Shown here: piece after piece, positions 42,196-50,523 of the stretch | Layout: every line of letters begins with the position of its first letter | How positions within the stretch are numbered: the first letter of the stretch is position 1 | Assembly: GCA_945882315.1 (NCBI GenBank) | Contig: CAMCWB010000001.1 | Location: 1,560-65,559 of the forward strand | DNA: 64,000 nucleotides | Source of the DNA: Bauldia litoralis | GTDB taxonomy: Bacteria; Pseudomonadota; Alphaproteobacteria; Rhizobiales; Kaistiaceae | Direction: 5' to 3' | Program-made: the position numbers and the translations under genes | The notes under the pieces: generated by a model | What the model saw: the letters and a program-made list of their open reading frames with translations, nothing else | Databases searched by the model: none | Told to the model about the DNA's origin: nothing

Positions 42196-43674
42196 GTGAC
42201 AAGCGCCGCCCCCGCATCGCCGCCGGTCAAGGCCAAGTTCCGGACGATTGCGCCGGCGATTGCCTTACCGATGTTCCTCGGCATGGTCGGCGAGACCATT
42301 GTCGCGACGGCGCTGCCGGTCATCGCAGCCTCGCTCGGCAATATCGAGCAGATCACCTGGGTGGTCGTCGCCTATCTGATTGCCATGGCGGTCACCGCCC
42401 CGGTCTATGGTCGCCTCGGCGACGCCTTCGGCCGCCGCATGATGATGGTCGTGGCGCTGTCGATCGCGCTCGTCGGCAGCATCCTCTGCGCCCTGTCGAC
42501 CTCGGTCGAGATGCTAATTGCCGCCCGGGTCTTCCAGGGATTGGGCGGCGGCGGTCTCGTCAGCCTGTCCCAGGCCCTCGTCTCCCAGTCGGTGCAGCCG
42601 CGCGACCGCATGCGTTTCCACGGCTATATCGCCGCCTTCGGTTTCAGCGCCAGCGCCATGGGGCCGGTGCTCGGCGGCATCCTCACCGACAATTTCGGCT
42701 GGCAGTCGGTCTTCCTCTTCAACCTGCCGCCGGCGATCCTCGGCATCCTGCTCGTCTTCCGGGTGCCGCCGCGCTCGACGCCCTTCGAGCCGTTCCGTTT
42801 CGACTTCCCCGGCCTCGTCCTCTTCACGATGTTCGTCACCTCGCTCCTGATCCTGGTCGAGGAAATCCGCCGGCCGGCCGAGATGCGCTCCGTCTTCGCT
42901 ATGGGGCTCGGCGTGACCATCGTGGTTTCCCTGCTCCTCCTGATCAGGCGCGAGTTCCGCGCCACGAGCCCCCTCTTTCCGCCGGTCCTGATCCGCAACC
43001 CCAACATCTGGCGCAGCTACGCCATGGCCATCTGCCATGGCGGCTATTTCGTCGCGCTCCTCGCCATGATCCCGATCTATCTGAGCGTCGTCTACGGCCT
43101 CTCGGCGTCCCAGATCGGCTTGCTCATGCTGCCGATGACGGCCGGCATCGGCTTCGGCACCTATGCCACCGGCCAGATCGCCAGCCGCACCGGCCAGGCG
43201 GCGATCTTCCCATCGATCGGCCTCGTCGTGGTCGCGGTGATGGTCGCCGGCCTCGGCTTCCTGGGGCAACTCCCGATGTGGATCCTGTCGCCCTATCTCG
43301 GCCTCATCTCGCTCGCCACGGGCACCGTGATGGCCGTGGTGCAGGCGACCGTCCAGTCCGAATCGGGCGGCCCCCTTCTCGGCACGGCGACGAGCGGCGT
43401 GTCGCTCTCCCGCGCGCTCGGTGCGGCGATCGGCACGGCGCTCGCCGGCACGCTGCTGTTTGCCACGCTGGCCGCCAACGGCATGGAGATCTCGACCGAC
43501 CTCCAGTCGATCCTCCAGGGCAGCAGCGAGGGATTGGCGAGCATGGGGGCCGTGGTCGAAGCCGAGATCCGCGCCAATGTCGCCTTCGCTTTCCGCGGCG
43601 TCTTCTTCCTGATCGCGAGCTACGCCGCTATCAGTTGCGTGCTTGCCTGGACCCTGCCGCGCCGCACGCTCTAA
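42196..43674 (+). CDS. MFS transporter (DHA2/EmrB-like, about 14 TM segments)
   Basis: ORF 42196..43674 (non-ATG start). Motif GRLGDAFGRR and many TM segments. Confidence 0.85.
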   Translation: MTSAAPASPPVKAKFRTIAPAIALPMFLGMVGETIVATALPVIAASLGNIEQITWVVVAYLIAMAVTAPVYGRLGDAFGRRMMMVVALSIALVGSILCALSTSVEMLIAARVFQGLGGGGLVSLSQALVSQSVQPRDRMRFHGYIAAFGFSASAMGPVLGGILTDNFGWQSVFLFNLPPAILGILLVFRVPPRSTPFEPFRFDFPGLVLFTMFVTSLLILVEEIRRPAEMRSVFAMGLGVTIVVSLLLLIRREFRATSPLFPPVLIRNPNIWRSYAMAICHGGYFVALLAMIPIYLSVVYGLSASQIGLLMLPMTAGIGFGTYATGQIASRTGQAAIFPSIGLVVVAVMVAGLGFLGQLPMWILSPYLGLISLATGTVMAVVQATVQSESGGPLLGTATSGVSLSRALGAAIGTALAGTLLFATLAANGMEISTDLQSILQGSSEGLASMGAVVEAEIRANVAFAFRGVFFLIASYAAISCVLAWTLPRRTL

Positions 43675-43744
43675 CGACCAGTAAATCGGCTGACGGCCGG
43701 GCGAGGCCGCGCAATTCTTCGCCTTGACGCCCAGTCTGGAATTT

Positions 43745-43769
43745 GTCCAAATGATCAAGAGATTTGGAC
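43745..43769. promoter_or_regulatory. Inverted repeat GTCCAAAT-N9-ATTTGGAC upstream of preT (candidate operator)
   Basis: Read directly: arms at 43745-43752 and 43762-43769, ending 19 nt before ATG 43788. Confidence 0.35.
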
Positions 43770-43787
43770 GGCGGGAGCGAAGGCATC

Positions 43788-45131
43788 ATGTCGATTGCGC
43801 GAGAGCCTGACATCGCGTCCGGGCGGCTTCAGCCCGAGGACTACCTCGCCAATTTCCGCGATCTTCACCCGCCGCTCGACAAGCACCAGGCCTTCGTCGA
43901 GGCCGATCGCTGCTACTTCTGCTACGACGCACCCTGCCTCACCGCCTGCCCGACGGGGATCGACATCCCCATGTTCATCCGCGAGATCCTGACCGACAAT
44001 CCGAAGGGCGCCGCCGAGACGATCTTCGCCGAGAATATCCTGGGCGGCATGTGCGCCCGCGTCTGCCCGACCGAGACGCTGTGCGAGGAGGCCTGCGTCC
44101 GCCAAGCGGCGGAGGGCAAGCCGGTCCGTATCGGCGAATTGCAGCGCTACGCCACCGACACGCTGATGGTGGCGGGCGAGCATCCCTTCACCCGGGCTGC
44201 GCCGAGCGGCAAGCGCGTTGCCGTGGTCGGCGGCGGCCCGGCCGGCCTCGCCTGCGCCCACCGTCTCGCAACTTACGGCCATGACGTCGTCATCTATGAC
44301 GCGCGCGAAAAGGCCGGTGGTCTCAATGAATATGGCATCGCCGCCTACAAATCGGTCGGCGGCTTCGCCGCGGCAGAGGTCGATTTCGTGATGGCGATCG
44401 GCGGCATCACCGTCGAGACCGGCAAGGCGCTTGGCCGCGACATCACGCTGGCCGAGCTTCGCGAGAGCTTTGACGCGGTCTTTCTTGGCCTCGGCCTTGC
44501 CGGCGTGAATGCGCTCGGCCTTGGCGAGGAGAAGCTTCCCGGCGTCGAGAATGCCGTCGACTATATCGCCGGCCTTCGCCAGACGGCCGATCTTGCCAGC
44601 CTGCCGGTCGGCCGCCGCATCGTCGTGGTCGGCGGCGGCATGACGGCGATCGACATCGCCTCGCAATCGAAGCGCCTCGGCGCCGAGGAAGTCACCATCG
44701 TCTATCGCCGCGGCGCCGCGAAGATGGGCGCTTCCGAATACGAGCGCGAACTCGCCCAGACCGACGGCGTCCGCATCAAGTTCAACGCCATGCCGAAGCG
44801 CCTCATCGCGACGGACGGCCGCGTCACCGGCATGGAGTTCGAATATACTGCCGAGCAGGACGGCCGCCTCGCCGGCACCGGCGAGAGCTTCGCCCTCGAC
44901 GCCGACATGGTCTTCAAGGCGATCGGCCAGAGCTTCGTGCCGCTGCCGCTTGAAGGCGCATCGATCGAGTTGAAGAACGGCCGCATCGCCGTCGATACCG
45001 AGCGCCGCACCAGCCTCCCGGATGTCTGGGCCGGCGGCGACTGCATCGCTGGCGGCGAGGACCTCACCGTCGTCGCCGTCCAGGACGGCAAGCTCGCCGC
45101 CGAATCGGTCAACCGGGCGCTGACGTCATGA
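43788..45131 (+). CDS. preT: NAD-dependent dihydropyrimidine dehydrogenase subunit PreT (GltD-like)
   Basis: Inside ORF 43764..45131, starting at ATG 43788. Fe-S motif is CYFCYDAPCLTACPTGIDIP. Dinucleotide-binding motifs are VAVVGGGPAGLACA and IVVVGGGMTAID. Confidence 0.85.
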   Translation: MSIAREPDIASGRLQPEDYLANFRDLHPPLDKHQAFVEADRCYFCYDAPCLTACPTGIDIPMFIREILTDNPKGAAETIFAENILGGMCARVCPTETLCEEACVRQAAEGKPVRIGELQRYATDTLMVAGEHPFTRAAPSGKRVAVVGGGPAGLACAHRLATYGHDVVIYDAREKAGGLNEYGIAAYKSVGGFAAAEVDFVMAIGGITVETGKALGRDITLAELRESFDAVFLGLGLAGVNALGLGEEKLPGVENAVDYIAGLRQTADLASLPVGRRIVVVGGGMTAIDIASQSKRLGAEEVTIVYRRGAAKMGASEYERELAQTDGVRIKFNAMPKRLIATDGRVTGMEFEYTAEQDGRLAGTGESFALDADMVFKAIGQSFVPLPLEGASIELKNGRIAVDTERRTSLPDVWAGGDCIAGGEDLTVVAVQDGKLAAESVNRALTS

Positions 45132-45161
45132 TGGCTTCAGCCGCCGCCGCATATTCGGTCC

Positions 45162-45295
45162 GGATCCTCCCCTGCGAAGCGGGGGAGGGGGACCACGCGC
45201 CGCGTGGTGGAGGGGGCGGCCACACCGTCCGAGCGAGCTTCCGCCCCCTCCACCGCCTATCGGCGGTCCCCCTCCCTCGTAAACGGGGGAGGACC
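45162..45295. repeat. GC-rich mosaic palindromic intergenic element (copy 2), between preT and preA
   Basis: Shares modules with 33898-34058 (see that feature). The middle module CGCCCCCTCCACCGCCTATCGGC is the reverse complement of 33930-33952. Confidence 0.8.
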
Positions 45296-45340
45296 CGCGC
45301 CTCACCATTGGCTCGGTGCGCGGGCCATTAGGAGAACGCC

Positions 45341-46651
45341 ATGGCCGACCTCCGCTCCAGCTTCGTCGGCATCAAATCGCCGAACCCGTTCTGGCTCGCA
45401 TCGGCGCCGCCGACCGACAAGGAATACAACGTCGTTCGCGCCTTCAAGGCGGGCTGGGGCGGCGTCGTCTGGAAGACGCTCGGCGAGGATCCGCCGATCG
45501 TCAATGTCGCCGGGCCGCGTTATGGCGCCGTCCATTCGGGCGACCGCCGTCTGATCGGGCTCAACAATATCGAGTTGATCACCGACCGGCCGTTCCAGAT
45601 CAATCTCGAGGAGATCAAGCGGGTCAAGCGCGACTGGCCCGACCGGGCGCTAGTTGTCTCGCTGATGGTGCCCTGCGAGGAGCCGAACTGGAAGGCGATC
45701 CTGAGAGCCGTCGAGGAGACCGAGGCCGATGGCGTCGAGCTGAATTTCGGCTGCCCGCACGGCATGAGCGAGCGCGGCATGGGCTCGGCGGTCGGCCAGG
45801 TGCCCGAATATATCGAGATGGTGGCGCGCTGGTGCAAAGCCTCGACGCGGATGCCGGTCATCGTCAAGCTGACGCCCAACATCACCGACATCCGCTATCC
45901 GGCGCGCGCCGCGCATAAGGGCGGCGCCGACGCCGTCTCGCTGATCAACACCGTCAACTCGATTACCAGCGTCAATCTCGACACTTTCTCGCCGGAGCCC
46001 TCGATCGACGGCAAGGGCTCGCATGGCGGCTATTGTGGCCCGGCAGTGCGCCCGATCGCGCTGTCGATGGTCTCCGAGATCGTCCGCGATGCCGAGACGC
46101 GCGGCTTCCCGATCTCCGGCATCGGCGGCATCACCACCTGGCGCGACGCGGCCGAGTTCATGGCGGTCGGCGCATCGAACGTCCAGGTTTGCACCGCCGC
46201 GATGACCTACGGCTTCCGCATCGTCCAGGAGATGATCTCGGGATTGAACCGCTATCTCGACGAGAAGGGCTTCGCCAGCATCGACGATCTCGTCGGCCGC
46301 GCCGTGCCGAACGTCACCGACTGGCAGTATCTCAACCTCAACTACGTCACCAAGGCGCGCATCGACCAGGATCTCTGCATCCAGTGCGGCCGCTGCCATA
46401 TCGTCTGCGAGGACACCGCGCATCAGGCGATCACGACGACGCTGAACGGCCAGCGCCATTTCGAGGTGGTCGACACCGAATGCGTCGGCTGCAATCTCTG
46501 CGTCAATGTCTGCCCGGTCGAGAACTGCATCACGATGGAGCAGATCACCACGGGCGTCGATCCGCATACCGGCGCGCCGGCGACCGGCTACCGGAACTGG
46601 ACGCAGCATCCCAACAACCCGACGGCGCGCATTCCAGAGCCCGCCGAGTGA
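45341..46651 (+). CDS. preA: NAD-dependent dihydropyrimidine dehydrogenase subunit PreA
   Basis: ORF 45341..46651. DHOD-like TIM-barrel N-terminal region with two C-terminal 4Fe-4S motifs (CIQCGRCHIVCED and CVGCNLCVNVCP). Confidence 0.9.
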   Translation: MADLRSSFVGIKSPNPFWLASAPPTDKEYNVVRAFKAGWGGVVWKTLGEDPPIVNVAGPRYGAVHSGDRRLIGLNNIELITDRPFQINLEEIKRVKRDWPDRALVVSLMVPCEEPNWKAILRAVEETEADGVELNFGCPHGMSERGMGSAVGQVPEYIEMVARWCKASTRMPVIVKLTPNITDIRYPARAAHKGGADAVSLINTVNSITSVNLDTFSPEPSIDGKGSHGGYCGPAVRPIALSMVSEIVRDAETRGFPISGIGGITTWRDAAEFMAVGASNVQVCTAAMTYGFRIVQEMISGLNRYLDEKGFASIDDLVGRAVPNVTDWQYLNLNYVTKARIDQDLCIQCGRCHIVCEDTAHQAITTTLNGQRHFEVVDTECVGCNLCVNVCPVENCITMEQITTGVDPHTGAPATGYRNWTQHPNNPTARIPEPAE

Positions 46652-46849
46652 ACTATCGGCCCGGCTGCACGTTACCATCTGATCTGCCGATAGATCACCG
46701 CCTATTATATTGATTCCAAAGATAAAATTGTCGTGAAGCGGCTTGCGGCGTGAGCCGCGGATGCTATCTCCGGCGTTGTTATCCGGACATCCGCCAGCCC
46801 GCCGGGCGGAGTCCAAACAACGGGCGGCGCGGCATCAAGGATCGATCCA

Positions 46850-47266
46850 ATGGCTAACCTGGAATCCTCACTCGACCGGAGGCGCCCAGAGGCGCTCGCC
46901 GTGCTGCGCATCGTGACGGCGCTGCTTTTTCTGTCGCACGGCCTCAGCAAGCTGTTCGGCTTTCCGCCCGGCTTCACACCGGAGGCGATGACGTTGCCGT
47001 GGATTGCCGGCGTGCTCGAAGTGGTCGGCGGCATCCTCTTCCTGATCGGCTTCCAGACGCGGCTAGTCGCCTTCGTCCTCAGCGGCTTGATGGCCGCGGC
47101 CTATTTCATCGCCCATGCGCCGCAGGGTTTTCACCCGCTGGTCAACCAGGGCGAACTCGCCATGCTCTATTGTTTCGTGTTCCTGTTCTTCGTCTTCGCA
47201 GGCGCCGGCGTCTGGAGCGTCGACAGCGCGCGGGCAGCCCCGTCGAGCCGCTTCGCCTTCCGCTAG
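46850..47266 (+). CDS. DoxX-family membrane protein
   Basis: ORF 46850..47266. Motif LRIVTALLFLSHGLSKLFGFP. Confidence 0.85.
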   Translation: MANLESSLDRRRPEALAVLRIVTALLFLSHGLSKLFGFPPGFTPEAMTLPWIAGVLEVVGGILFLIGFQTRLVAFVLSGLMAAAYFIAHAPQGFHPLVNQGELAMLYCFVFLFFVFAGAGVWSVDSARAAPSSRFAFR

Positions 47267-47292
47267 CGATAATTGCCTAAGTCACGATCGAT

Positions 47293-47320
47293 CGGCGGGC
47301 ACAGTCCCGCCGATCTTTTT
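47293..47320 (+). terminator. Rho-independent terminator after the doxX-like gene
   Basis: Stem CGGCGGG/CCCGCCG with loop CACAGT, then ATCTTTTT. Confidence 0.75.
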
Positions 47321-47323
47321 CGG

Positions 47324-50300
47324 CTAATGCGCCTCGTCCCAGTTCTGCGCGGCGCGGGCGTCGACCTGGAGCGGCACCGACAGCATGATTGCAGGCTCCG
47401 GGGCGCGCTCCATGACCTTGGTCACCACCGGCAGGGTGGCCTCGACCTCGGCGTCGGGCACCTCGAAGATCAGCTCGTCATGCACCTGCAGCAGCATTCG
47501 CGCCGACAGCCCGGCTTTCGCCAGCGCGTCCTCCATGCGGATCATGGCGCGGCGGATGATGTCGGCGGCGGAACCCTGCAGCGGCGCGTTGATCGAGGCG
47601 CGGTCGACGAAGGCGCGCTCGGCCGGGTTCTTCGAATTGACTGCGGGGAAATGGATTTTCCGTCCGAAGATCGTGTTGACGTAGCCGTCCTTGCGGACCT
47701 TCGTCTTCATCGACTCCATATAGTCGCGGATGCCGGGGAAGCGTTCGAAATAGCGCTTGATATAAGCGCCCGCCTCCTCGCGCGGAATGCGGAGCTGGTT
47801 CGACAGGCCGAAGGCCGAGATGCCGTAGATGATGCCGAAATTGATCGCCTTGGCGCGGCGGCGCACCTCGCCCGGCATGTCCTTGACCGGCACGTTGAAC
47901 ATCTCCGACGCCGTCATCGCGTGGATGTCGAGCCCGTCGGCGAAGGCCTGGCGGAGCACCGGGATATCGGCGACATGGGCGAGCAGCCGGAGCTCGATCT
48001 GGCTGTAGTCGGCCGAGATCAGCTTCATGCCCTTGTCGGCGATGAAGGCGGTGCGGATGCGCCGTCCTTCCTCGGTGCGGACCGGGATGTTCTGCAGGTT
48101 CGGATCGGAGGAGGAGAGCCGCCCGGTCGTCGTCGCGGCCAGCGCATAGGAGGTGTGGACGCGTCCGGTCTCGGGATGGATGAAGCCGGGCAGGAGATCG
48201 GTATAGGTCGATTTCAGCTTCGAGAGCTGCCGCCAGTCGAGGACCCGCGCCGCAAGCAGATTGCCTTCGAGCGCCAGCTCGTCCAGCACGTCGGCGCCGG
48301 TCGACCATGCCCCGGTCTTGGTCTTGCTGCCGCCGGGCAGGCTGAACTTGCCGAACAGGATGTCGCCGAGCTGCTTGGGCGAGCCGATATTGAAGGTCTC
48401 GCCGGCATGCTCGTAGATCTCGGCTTCGAGCCCGGCAAGCTTCTGCGAGAACTCGCCCGACAGCCGCGACAGGATCTGCCGGTCGACCTTGATGCCGCGC
48501 GCCTCCATGCGCGCCAGCACCGGCACCATCGGCCGCTCCAGCGTCTCGTAGAGGGCGCTCATATGCTCGGCGACGAGCCGCGGCTTCAGCACCTGCCAGA
48601 GGCGGAGCGCGATATCGGCATCCTCGGCGGCATATTCGGTCGCCCTGTCGACGGGCACCTGGTCGAAAGTCACCGCCCCGCGGCCGGAGCCGGCGACTTC
48701 CTTGAAGGTCACCGGCGTGTGGCCGAGCCAGCGTTCGGAAAGATCGTCCATGCCGTTGCCGCCCTTGCCGGCGTCGAGCACGTAGGACATCAGCATCGTG
48801 TCGTCATAGGGCGCGATGTCGATGCCGTGGCGCGACAGGAGCAAGCTGTCATGCTTGAGGTTCTGCGCGACCTTGAGCACGCCAGGGTCTTCCAGCATCG
48901 GCTTCAGCCGGGCGAGCGCATCGCGGACGGCGATCTGTCCTTCGGCGATGCCGCCGCCGAGCAGGTCGGCGTTGCCGGTCCTGTGTGTCAGCGGCACATA
49001 GGCGGCCTTGCCGGCAGCGGTCGCAAGGCTGATGCCCACGATGTCGGATTGCATCGGGTCGGACGAGGTTGTCTCGGCATCGATGGCGATGATGCCGCCA
49101 TCGGTAGCCTCGACGATCCAGCGCTCGAGCGCCGTGATGTCCGTGACCGTCTCATAGGATTTGATGTCGATCTTCTTGTTCATCGCCGCCTGCGCCGCGG
49201 CGCGGGCGATATAGGCCGGCAGGCTTTCACCCTCGGCAACGGGTGCGGCGGCAGGCGCCGCTCCGTTCGGGGCAGAGGCTGACGGCTTGCTCGGGGCGGG
49301 CGCAGCCTCGGTGGCGTCGTCGGCTTGTCTCGGCCCGCGCACCGGTGCTGCAAGCCTCGGGTCGGGTTCGACGAACTCGATCTCGACGCCGGTCGCTTCA
49401 GCGGCACGCTTGGTCAGCGTCGTGAATTCCATCGCCTTGAAGAAACTGAGGAGCTTCCTGCCGTCGAGCGCGGTCATCCGTGTGTCGACGAGCGGCGTAT
49501 CGACCGCGACGTCGCAGACAAGGCTGACCAGTTGCCGCGACAGCCGCGCCTGCTCGGCATAGGTCGTCAGCAGTTCGCGCCGCTTGGGCTGCTTGATCGA
49601 GGCGGCATTGGCGAGGAGGTTTTCGAGGTCGCCATATTCGCCGATGAGCTGCGCCGCGGTCTTGATGCCGATGCCCGGCACGCCGGGAACATTGTCGGAG
49701 GTGTCGCCGATCAGCGCCTGCACCTCGACGACCTTTTCCGGCGGCACGCCGAAATAATCGATGACGCCGGCCCGGTCGATGCGCCGCTCCGGCCGGTAGC
49801 CAGGCTTGCCCTTGGAGCCGGATTCGAAATCGTAGAACTGCACCTTGTCGGAGACGAGCTGCATCAGGTCCTTGTCGGCCGAGACGATCAGCACGTCGGC
49901 GCCGGCGGCCTCCGCCTGCTTGGCGAAGGTGGCGATGATGTCGTCGGCCTCGAAGCCCGACTTCTCGATCGGCGACAGGCCGAAGGCGCGCACCGCCTCG
50001 CGCATCAGCGGGAATTGCGGCACGAGGTCGTCCGGCGGCTCGCGGCGGTTGGCCTTGTAGTCGCTATAGATGTCCTTGCGGAAGGTCTGCTCGGTCTTGT
50101 CGAAGATGATCGCCAGATGTGTCGGCTTCAGCCCGGCGGCGCCGTCGAGAATGAACTGGAAGATCTTGGTCGAGAAGAGACGCAACGCCCCTGTCGGCAG
50201 GCCGTCGGACCGGTAATTGTATTTCGCGTCCTGATGGATCGACTGGAAGTAGGCGCGGAAGACGAAGGACGAGCCGTCGACCAGGAAGACGTGGTCGCCG

Positions 50301-50332
50301 GGCTTCAGGGCATCTGCGGGGGATTCTGACAT
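47324..50332 (-). CDS. polA: DNA polymerase I
   Basis: ORF 47324..50428; I prefer ATG 50332 (MSESPADALKPGDHVFLVDGSSFVFRAYF). It has 5-prime nuclease, 3-prime-5-prime exonuclease and polymerase regions (RRAAKAINFGIIYG, QVHDELIFE). Confidence 0.95.
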   Translation of the reverse strand: MSESPADALKPGDHVFLVDGSSFVFRAYFQSIHQDAKYNYRSDGLPTGALRLFSTKIFQFILDGAAGLKPTHLAIIFDKTEQTFRKDIYSDYKANRREPPDDLVPQFPLMREAVRAFGLSPIEKSGFEADDIIATFAKQAEAAGADVLIVSADKDLMQLVSDKVQFYDFESGSKGKPGYRPERRIDRAGVIDYFGVPPEKVVEVQALIGDTSDNVPGVPGIGIKTAAQLIGEYGDLENLLANAASIKQPKRRELLTTYAEQARLSRQLVSLVCDVAVDTPLVDTRMTALDGRKLLSFFKAMEFTTLTKRAAEATGVEIEFVEPDPRLAAPVRGPRQADDATEAAPAPSKPSASAPNGAAPAAAPVAEGESLPAYIARAAAQAAMNKKIDIKSYETVTDITALERWIVEATDGGIIAIDAETTSSDPMQSDIVGISLATAAGKAAYVPLTHRTGNADLLGGGIAEGQIAVRDALARLKPMLEDPGVLKVAQNLKHDSLLLSRHGIDIAPYDDTMLMSYVLDAGKGGNGMDDLSERWLGHTPVTFKEVAGSGRGAVTFDQVPVDRATEYAAEDADIALRLWQVLKPRLVAEHMSALYETLERPMVPVLARMEARGIKVDRQILSRLSGEFSQKLAGLEAEIYEHAGETFNIGSPKQLGDILFGKFSLPGGSKTKTGAWSTGADVLDELALEGNLLAARVLDWRQLSKLKSTYTDLLPGFIHPETGRVHTSYALAATTTGRLSSSDPNLQNIPVRTEEGRRIRTAFIADKGMKLISADYSQIELRLLAHVADIPVLRQAFADGLDIHAMTASEMFNVPVKDMPGEVRRRAKAINFGIIYGISAFGLSNQLRIPREEAGAYIKRYFERFPGIRDYMESMKTKVRKDGYVNTIFGRKIHFPAVNSKNPAERAFVDRASINAPLQGSAADIIRRAMIRMEDALAKAGLSARMLLQVHDELIFEVPDAEVEATLPVVTKVMERAPEPAIMLSVPLQVDARAAQNWDEAH

Positions 50333-50523
50333 GGCCGGACTATGCCCTTCCGGCCGGCCTGTTTCCAGCCCGCAGGAGCGGCGGGCAAGCGCCTTTCCCA
50401 TGGTTAATGCCGTGCTAACGAGCCTCACAGGAAACGCGAGGAATTACCGCTACTTAACCGTGAATTAAGCGGCGGTCCCTAGGGTCCTCGCACGAGTATC
50501 GCGTAGCAGGGATCGTCTGGCCG

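Noticed and set aside
43745-43769. Naming the preT dyad a RutR box
   Set aside because: The E. coli RutR consensus (TTGACCAnnTGGTCAA) has different half-sites and spacing.
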